A stretch of 64,000 nucleotides of DNA, taken from the human T2T-CHM13v2.0 reference genome, Homo sapiens. The stretch lies in NCBI RefSeq assembly GCF_009914755.1, contig NC_060941.1. The stretch is one strand, 5' to 3'. Positions within the stretch are counted from its first letter, which is position 1, and each line of letters begins with the position of its first letter. Below the pieces are notes generated by a model that had not been told where the DNA came from, made no database searches, and saw only the letters and a program-made list of their open reading frames with translations. Made by a program: the position numbers and the translations under genes. This document shows positions 55,164 through 64,000 of the stretch, in pieces.

Positions 55164-55182
55164 GGAGCTGTCCGGTGCTGAA
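55164..55182 (-). promoter_or_regulatory. Non-canonical RE1-like site (two intact half-sites, 0-bp spacer)
   Basis: Minus strand reads TTCAGCACC-GGACAGCTCC. Confidence 0.5.
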
Positions 55183-56099
55183 CTCCGGCATGATGGACGA
55201 TTATGGACCAACTGCACTTTCAGAGGGGGATAGATTTATGAGCGGAAGAGACAGCTAGAAGAGTGTCCATTACTATAACTCACTGCCCTCTTCAGAGATA
55301 TTCTAATCAGGCATCCTTTCCTACCACCGAAAGGCGCAGGTTAAGAACTAGCAAGAGGGGAAATCAATTACATACTTCTGGGGCGGTTTCTTCCAGAGCA
55401 TCACTGTCTGTGGCATTGGGGGTAAGGGCATCAGGAGGCCGGCGATGGGGGTGGATGGTGGTGGGCCCCTCCACCTGCCAAAGCAGGCTTCCCATCAGCA
55501 CTTCCTAGCGTCTCCCGTCACACCACTGCTCTTGATCTCTTGCAACTGGTTGAGAAGCTAGGAGGCGCCAGGATGTCCCTCCCTTCTCGCCCTGCACGGA
55601 TCTAGTTGAGATTTACTGACAACCCAGGATCACGCAGAGGGCTGCAGTGAAAATATCTGGTTCTTCCTGGTCGCCCATGCACTTTGACACTGATGTGCAC
55701 AGGGGAAGGGAAGAGAGTGAATCTCCATGGGATGCTGGCCTGGGGTCAGGCACTACACTGGATGCCGTCTATATATTCTTTCACCATAATCTTATTCTTA
55801 CTTTATAGGTGAGAGAACAAAGGCCCAAGGAGGTGCCAGGTTTCCAGCCCAGGCCTGCCCAACCCTCTCTAGACAACCCGCAGGCACAGTTGGCAGTGCA
55901 GAGGTGCCCCTGGGCACTCCCTGCCAGAGGTGGCGAGCTCCCTGCTCCCCAGCTCCTCTCCAGCTGCATTACTCCCGACATGTCTCCTCTGGGCCCAGAC
56001 CTCCCACCCTCTAATGTGGCCTCAGTGTGAACCCTCAGGCCCTGTCTACTTGAACCCCAGCCCTCTAGAAAAGACAGCTACAAACAGATTTCTCCCATT

Positions 56100-56310
56100 T
56101 CTACAGGACTTCAGAGTTCACAAAGCATTTTGACACTACTGAACCTGACCACAGCCCACTGAGGTGGGCCCAAACAGATAATTTTAACCCCATTTTAAAG
56201 ATGAGGACACTAAGGCCCAGAGAGGTTAAGTGGCTTCCTTGAAGCTGCACAGCACACCAGGAGCCGATCTGGAACCAAGCCCATGCCTCCTGGCTCTGCA
56301 GTCAGGCCTG
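56100..56310 (-). mobile_element. MIR SINE
   Basis: cccattttaaagatgaggacactaaggcccagagaggttaagtggctt. Confidence 0.88.
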
Positions 56311-56787
56311 TCTGACCTCACTCTCTGCTTCCCAGCAGGCTGCTCTGAGCACAGTCACCCTTGAGCATTTCCTTCCCTAGGGACCAGCCTGGGCTGGGTA
56401 CCCCCCACACCTTCCCCACAAGGCTCTCCCTCTGTGGTTCCAGATCTTCTTTCCTTTATCCATTCCCTTCCCTCGAATCACTACCAGGTCAGAGAAGACT
56501 GGATTTTAAGTCATGCAAAGTGATGATCACACCCTTGAGGGTCTCCTTGGTTCACACCTCCCTGGGAAGGGTAAGTCCTCCAACTCATGGGGAGTCCTTG
56601 GCAACCTCACCCTGGCACAAGCTCTGAGACTCCAGTCAAAGGCCCTGGACATCAGGAAATTCACCCCACCTCCTGCCAGGACCCTGGTGTTCTCCAAGAT
56701 GATGGGTCGGTGGCCTGAGCGATGGTGTCCAGCTCAGCAGCAGCGACCACGGATGAATGCTCCAGAGCCAGGTCCTAACCGGGATGA

Positions 56788-57303
<516 letters not shown>

Positions 57304-57304
57304 T

Positions 57305-57610
57305 GACCTTGCTCTGGGCAATCAGGAAAGGTTTTCTGCAGGAGGTCACACCTGCTGAGCAGTGGAAAAGGTGGTCAGGTAGAAGGAGAGTGGGAGGGCA
57401 GAGCCCGTGGGTGCAAACACGGGCAGGACTCATGGCATACTATTCTGTGTGTCTGGAACGGAGATGGGATAGATCCAGGAGGCGTGAGGCTGGATTGGGG
57501 AGCAGGGGCAAGGACCCCTTTTGATAGAACCTTGCCCTAAGCCTCTTACTCTGCAGAACTGGCCACTTTCTGCTGAGCATTCAGGACAGGGTCATCCACT
57601 GTGCAGACCA
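57305..57610 (-). mobile_element. L2 LINE fragment
   Basis: tcaggaaaggttttctgcaggaggtcacacctg...ggcagagcccgtgggtgcaaacac resembles reverse L2 3' region. Confidence 0.55.
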
Positions 57611-57684
57611 CACCGTCCATTGTGGCAGGGCTATCTGGTAGCTGGGGTGACCCTGGCCACAATCTGTGGCTGAGATGCCTGGCC

Positions 57685-57836
57685 CCATAGCCACTGGCAT
57701 ATGTGGATTTTGAACACTTGAAGGTTTTTGGGAGTCAGCATGCCTGAGGAACAGAATTCATCACTGTATTTCATTTTAATTTGATTCAATGGAAATGGCC
57801 ACCCATGACCCGTGGCCACCGTTGCAAACAGCACAG
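57685..57836 (+). mobile_element. MER3-like hAT-Charlie DNA transposon fragment
   Basis: tagccactggcatatgtggattttgaacacttgaa...ctgaggaacagaatt...tatttcattttaatt...gtggccaccgttgcaaacagcacag. Confidence 0.75.
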
Positions 57837-59365
57837 GTCTGGGTGGTGAGATGCTGCTGACAGCCCCCAGGTCTTGCACAGCCTGACCCTCGCAGGCACT
57901 GGCTGAGTGCACTTCTTGACAAGACCCTCATGTTCCCAGGCTTTGAGACCCAAGCAAACTGCTGGCAACAGAGCGATGGAAGGGGGAGTATCTCTCTCCA
58001 CCCGGAGACATTTGGCTTCACCTGTGAAAACAGCATCCACTTGATGAATGGCCGTTTCCTGCACTTTGTAAAATTAAATTCTTGGCTTGGACCAAGCAGC
58101 GCAGGGTTAGCCGTGGTTGCCCAGGGATGGGGATGGGGCATCAGGAGGGAGCCTGGGCAGCAAAGGACTCAGGGTCCGAGGTCCTGGCAGCTGCCACACA
58201 TGGGGTGGGGGAGATCATGCAGGCAGAGAGCTGAATCAGCAGGTGCCCCAGGTATGGGCTGAAGGCAGAGGGGAAGAAGTAAAGAATAAAAATGCAAGAA
58301 AGGACCCACATGGCCAGGAGGGACAGGGAGGAGGCTGGATACAGAAAGATAGTCCCCACCCCACCCACTAAATCCCAGCCCTGGCTCCCGCAGGGCCAGG
58401 CCTCTCCAGGGAACCATTCACATCTGCTCTGAGCTTCCCATGGTGCTCCTCCCATTTCAGACACTGGAGAATGGAGGGATCCCTAACATTTCCAACCCAA
58501 CTCTGCTCTGTGTGGAAACAAACTCCCTTCCCACGCCATTATTACCATCATCATCTTCACTAGTGCTTGGTCCAGTGTACCCGTCATGGTCATCCTGGGG
58601 CTCCTATCAAGGGCTCTTCACCCAAACCTGTCCCCCATCCTGGCCACACTCCTGCCGGTGATCCTGTGCACCCTGGGGAGGAAGGCATGGAAGTGGCTCC
58701 CCCAGCCTCTTCTCCCACCGTAGCAGTTCCTGCTGATGGTGTTACGTGGCCACGCCATCAACCCAGATCACCCGTGAGAACTTCCTTCATTAAAGGGCCA
58801 CTATATAACCTGAAATTATTCCACACCGTGCCCTCTCCTCCTTCCCTGGAAGGAGCTCTGCATGCCTGGTGGGGGCTCTGAGCAATACCCTCTGGTCCAT
58901 GTCTCTCACCTGCAAAGTCTAGGGAAGCTGTAGGCCCCCCACCCCGGCCTAATGGCCAGCCCCGGTGCATCTTCAGGAAGACACAGAGGCACCCTGGCCC
59001 ACGCCTGTCCTGGATTCACCCCTCGCTCTCCCAGGAGATCTCCATCTATGGCTCCCATCCCGGTTCCTCTTCACCGGGCTTCTCTTTTAAACAAATGGCT
59101 GGTCGTACATTTTAGCCTGGTGTCACCAAGGGTCCCACGCAGAGTCCGGCTCCTTCTCAGACCCTTCAGCCCTGACCTCTCGTGCTGATCTGTCCAGAGT
59201 GGAAGAAATCACTCATCCCAGGAGCACCTCTGTTCACACCCCTAAGTCACAGCCAGAAAACAGCCCCCAACACCCACCCAGGCCTGCATCTCTCAGCTCT
59301 CCATTCAGAGCTGAAGAGTTAAGCTGCGCAGAAAAACTGACCATCACATGAACTCCAGAGACTCT

Positions 59366-59420
59366 TGTGTGTGAGCATGTGTGTGTGCAGGTGCGTGTGG
59401 GCGCGCGTGTACCTGCGTGT
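59366..59420. repeat. Degenerate (TG/CG)n tract
   Basis: tgtgtgtgagcatgtgtgtgtgcaggtgcgtgtgggcgcgcgtgt. Confidence 0.8.
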
Positions 59421-61749
59421 CTTCACTGCTTCTCCAGATGAGTTTAACCCCGCTGTGGGACACAGCAATGTCTTCTCTTTCCCCTGTGCCCCCTGACCCC
59501 CGGTAGAGTAGACACTGGGGAGTGTCACCCTCGTTGAGGTGAAATTGAAGGGTTTGGGGTATCATGCTGGTTTCACTGCCATGCAGGGGCTTCCCCTCTT
59601 GCCCTGGATGGTTCTGGAATTGCCCTAGGACTACACAGGAGTCCCCCCAGTTTTCTCCCACTCAGACCCTCACTGTCATGGTCAAAATCCCCTCCACCGA
59701 GCACAACGATGCCACCTGTTGTGGTTTTTTTCTTTTCACGCTGCAGAATCTTGGGTCATTCCTGCAGATGCTTGAAATAGACGAGGGGATATTCAGGTTC
59801 CACACGCTTCTCCGTTTTACAGAGGCGGGGTTTTCAGGGTGGCAGGGGGGTCTGATAGTGGTCCCACTCCTGTCTCCCCCAGGCCTCTCCCACACCCCTG
59901 ACTCTCACCAGTTTCTGGCTCTGGGACGGGCAAAATCCAGCCCCACGGCCACCATGTGGGCTTGGGGGTCATGAAGTCACGTGGTGGGGCTGTGCCTGGG
60001 GGGTCTTCTCTGGGTCTGAAGGTCCTTGGGCCGCTCCCTGATCAACCAGGTCCTACTCACTCTGAGCCAAGGATGGACCCTCCCTTCGGAGAAGCCTTCC
60101 CTGACTCTGTGGCCAACAGGACCTTCTCTCCCAGCTTCTGGTCTCAGGGCTCTGACAGCCTGGGGCAGCCGTCGGCCACGTCTCGCTGTGTTCTGACACA
60201 CACTGGGTCTCGGATCCTTGTGTCATTTCACTCTATGTTGCTCCTGTTTCATGAATGTGGGTCCCATCCCGCTAACTGACCAGTATGCTTAGATTTTAAA
60301 GAAACGTATATCTGCAGCCCCCAGGCTCTAAGCATCTCTTTCCAAGTATTTATGGGTTCTGTCCCCTCCCAGACCGCCCAGCTCAACATGGGCAAAAAGC
60401 AAAAGCTGTGTTCCTGGCACCCTATTTATTTCTGTTCCTTGACAACCCCTCCCTGAGCCTCATGGACTTCAAGCCCTGCTGTCCCTTCGGCCACCATCTC
60501 CCATGCTCAGCCCAGAAGCATTTCCCCTGCCGTTTGCCTTTCCTCTTCATTCTCACTCTTTTCCTTACAAGTGGTCCCTGGTCACCACATGTCTGGGATG
60601 GCCACACTGCCTCTCCCCTGTCCCGTTCTGTTCACATTACCAGAGTCAACAAGCCCCTTCCTGCCTCCAAAGCCTCTGGGGGGTGCATCACTGTCAGGGT
60701 GGGTGTCAAGACCCACCCCAAGCTGAACCTGGGGACCCAACACAAATGTTTCGCTTCATTCCAGAGGCCTCTGCCCACCCTGGACCCCTGGAGAATGTCC
60801 TGCCCGTGGCTCCAGCCTGCACTGCTCAGTGTTGTTATTAGACGTTTTCACAAATGCAGATTCTAGATCTCCTAAGAGATTGAAGACGGCACTCCCAGAA
60901 GACGGCACCCCATCACAATCACTTTTGTTCTCTGCTGCACCTGCCCCGGGGCTGGGCAAGTAATTGACACCGCAAGGACTTTCTGAACTAAAAGCGTGCT
61001 GTGGCCTGCCCGCTGTTAACACCCCCATCTTCCCACTGGAAGTGAGGCCACACAGCTCTGGTCTTTAGTGACACTACAGGGGACAGCACAGAATCCCAGT
61101 TTTCTTCGACTATTTTTCTCAATGCCCCTGGAAGCACGGAGGGTCCCGACCACCCAGTGTGAAGCCCTCCTGTGCGGCTCACAGGGCCAGCCTGGTCCTC
61201 TTGGTAGAGACGTGCACCCCACGATGACAGTCACTTCCTGCTGCTCTAGACTATTCTGTTTTTCCATTCTATCTCAGGTCTGAGCAACCACGTGTCCAGA
61301 CTCCTTGGGGCTCCAGGAGCAGACCCAGGGCTCCCGGCAGGTCTGCTCTGGTCCCACCTACAGGGTCATCCGAAAACCAGAGCAGCCATGAACTAGCCCC
61401 TCTTAGCGGCTGCCTGCCTTCTTTCCCCACACCCCTTGCCATTTCCTGCTCCTTGTCTGCTGCCGTCTGGGCTGGAATTCTGTCTCCAAATTGGAGATCA
61501 CTCCAGGCCCTCAGGACTGGAATTTGAGCCCTGGGAGGGGAAGGGACCATTTGTAGCTCTTTTCTTTTTTTATGCTGCTGAGCGAAGCAGGGATCAGGCT
61601 GAGCACAGCTGCCAGGGAGGTGTTTTGTGATAAATCAATAAACTGCTCGGGGTGGGAGAGGGAAAGGGATAGATAGGGAGCCCTAGGGTGCTGGAGAGAA
61701 GGCAGGCTCTGGGGTCCACGTGAGCACCTGAGTCAATGAACAAAAAGAG

Positions 61750-62400
61750 ATGAGAGACGGGGTGCAGAGGGGAGGGGAGCACATGAGTGAGGGGCAGCCA
61801 GAGACAGAGACACAGAGAAGTGTGGGGGCGTGGGGAGACAGAAACATAGAACCAGAGAGACAGAGAGAACAGAGACACACACAGAGAGACAAAGAGAGAC
61901 AGAGATGGAGACAGAGAGACAAAGAGAGATGGAGACAGAGAGACAAAGAGAGACGGAGACAGAGAGAGAGAGACAGAAAGACAGAGCCTGAGAGACAAAG
62001 AGAGCAGAGACACAGAGAGAGACAGAGAGATAAAGAGAGGCAGAGACAGAGAGGGAGACAGAGCCAGAGAGAAAAAGAGAGACAGAGACATAGAGAAAGA
62101 GAGAGAGATGGGGTGGGGGAGAGAGAGAGACAGAAAAACAGAGATGGGGAGACAAAGAGAACAGGGACAGAGAGAGACAGAGGCAGAAAGACAGAGATAG
62201 ACACAGAGAAACGGGAGGGAAAGAGACAGACAGAAAGAGGTAGAGAGACAGAGAGAGAGAAACAGAGGAAGAGAGAGAGAGATGGGGTGGGGGAGAGACA
62301 TATAGATAGACAGAGACATAGAGAAAGGGGAGGGAGAGAGACAAAGAGACAGACACAGAGAAAAAGAGAGAGAGAGAAACAGGCAGAGACAGAGGAGGAC
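61750..62400. repeat. Purine-rich (GA/GAGACA)n complex microsatellite
   Basis: About 650 bp of gagacagagagacaaagaga variants; gagagagatggggtgggggagaga occurs twice. Confidence 0.95.
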
Positions 62401-63149
62401 AGGCCGGGGGAGACCCTGCCAGCCTTTACCAGGGAGGAGACTGACCCTCCAAAACCACATTTACACGCAGCAGACCAGCTCACAGCCTCAGTGAGGCCTG
62501 CACCCATCAAAGGATTTGGGGAAAGGTGTCCTCGCTTCCTGAACTATTTTCGTTAAAAGAAAAAAGTTGCCGAGCTGGCTTCTCCACACTGGCCTCCTGC
62601 GTACTGTGCTCTGCAATGGTCTTGCTTTCTTTTGTTCCAGAGACACAGAACTGTTTAATTCTCATCCCTTCAATCAATACCTGGTGTCATGTCATCCAAA
62701 GCCATTATTTTTACACCAGAGAAAAATGGAGACCGAGTACAGTATAAAGAGAGAGAGGAGACAGAAATCATTGCTTCAGAGGCTGCAAGTGAAAACCTCG
62801 CTCAGAGCCACCCAACCTCAGCATCATCCAGCTGGCTCTGCAGGTCTCCTGGCTCCCAGAACAAAAGCACCTGGAGAAGCAGGTGCAGGAGAGGAAAGTC
62901 CTGGGGGAAGAATGTCCCATGACCCCAGAGAGGTCTGTCTGATGGCAAACAGCTTCTTCCCAAAGACACACCCACAGTCAGCCCCTGGATGGGAGTTCAG
63001 CAAGGGCTGAGTCTCCCCCAGCTCCCTGATCCCATCCTCCTCTCCCTCCATCCCTCCCACTCTGCCTCTGCCCCCATTCCTGCCCTTCACCCCACGAGCA
63101 CACACAGCTTCCACATCCTCAAGAGGCATCATCCTGGGACCTTCCCCCT

Positions 63150-63650
63150 CTCCCAGATGCCGAGGTGTCTCCTCTGTCTCCTCCAGACTCTGTCTACACT
63201 GCCACATCGTCCCTTCCTAGGAATTGGAATCTGCCCATGTCCCCACCCCTCCCTTGGGAATTCCCACCCTGGTCACCAACGATCCCCTCATTGCCAAATC
63301 CAGCAATCCATCTCAGTCCTGCCCCATTTCTTGTTTCTGTTGCTTTTACCTGATGATCCTTGAAACTGCCTTTTTCCATCACCTCTTCCTGTTTCTACCA
63401 TCCACCCATTCCTAGGGCCCCAGTTCCTTCCCCACACCTCCTAAGTCACAATCTTTAGCTTGGGCCTCCCTCTCTCGAGACTCCTGTGTCCTAGTAGACA
63501 CTTTCACCCAGAGATGTGCCCCAGGTGGCTTCACTGGCACCCAATGCTTCTCCTGCATCTGCCATCTCAGACAGCGGCATCGCCAGCTGCATGGCATCCA
63601 GACAACAAAGTGGAATCATGGTCACCCACTCCTCATGCTCCATAGGTTAC
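63150..63650 (+). mobile_element. L2 LINE ORF2 (reverse transcriptase) relic
   Basis: ggtcaccaacgatcccctcattgccaaatcc...tctcagtcct...cttgaaact; the track peptide VTNDPLIAKS echoes the L2/CR1 RT segment KVTNDLLxAKS upstream of DLSAAFD, which is disrupted here. Confidence 0.7.
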
Positions 63651-64000
63651 AGGGACTTGTTGGTGTCTCGGAACCTGTCCCTTTCTGGGTATCCACTGCT
63701 TCTGACGCTGGGCCTGGATTCTTGGAATTGCATCCTTAGTGTTCAGATCCTGGAACCACTGTTTCAAAATCTCCTCCTTACCTAGAGATGGGCTTCTTAA
63801 CCCTTCGGGGCCCCTAGGAAACCTCTTCCCAGAAAAGGCACATATGTGCACAAAAGTTTGCAACCATTTCAGGAGGCTCATGGGCCAACTGGAGCCCATC
63901 TGTGAGGCCTACAGTTTAGGAGCCTAGGTCTGCAGGCCCAAGACTGAGCTCTCCAGGGAACCAGGACCATCACACTCCAGCTCCCACACATCTTTCCAGC

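Noticed and set aside
61594-62556. 207-288 aa ORFs rich in SL/CL or RE/RQ
   Set aside because: Translations of the (GA/GACA)n tract on both strands.

Overview
Primate (almost certainly human) non-coding genomic DNA, GC-rich, with no protein-coding exon, RNA gene or CRISPR array that I can support. The long ORFs in the track come from Alus, microsatellites, a low-A minisatellite or chance. I could not assign the locus. Recognisable repeats are 15 Alus, many MIR and L2 relics, several L1 3' ends, four LTRs (MLT1 x2, THE1D-like, MLT2) and DNA-transposon relics (MER45A, MER2, MER53, MER3). There are three structured minisatellites and long polypurine/polypyrimidine tracts. The best signals are: (1) a near-perfect 21-bp REST/NRSF silencer (RE1) at 23788-23808, plus a zero-spacer RE1 variant at 55164-55182 inside a CpG- and HOX/PBX-motif-rich unique island; (2) an AluY-L1PA chimeric retroinsertion bounded by one 15-bp target-site duplication (47689-48183); (3) a 39-unit GGGCT-rich minisatellite with two internal higher-order blocks (48632-49370); (4) a near-perfect 6x55-bp VNTR and an alternating 77/78-bp repeat; (5) all recognised L1/LTR elements on the + strand, suggesting an intron of a minus-strand gene; (6) several repeat-free, homeodomain-motif-dense islands resembling developmental enhancers. 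Overall this reads as the cis-regulatory landscape of a REST-regulated neural or developmental gene; I found no evidence for a new multi-gene system. Repeat subfamily names come from recalled consensus sequences and need Dfam/RepeatMasker confirmation.
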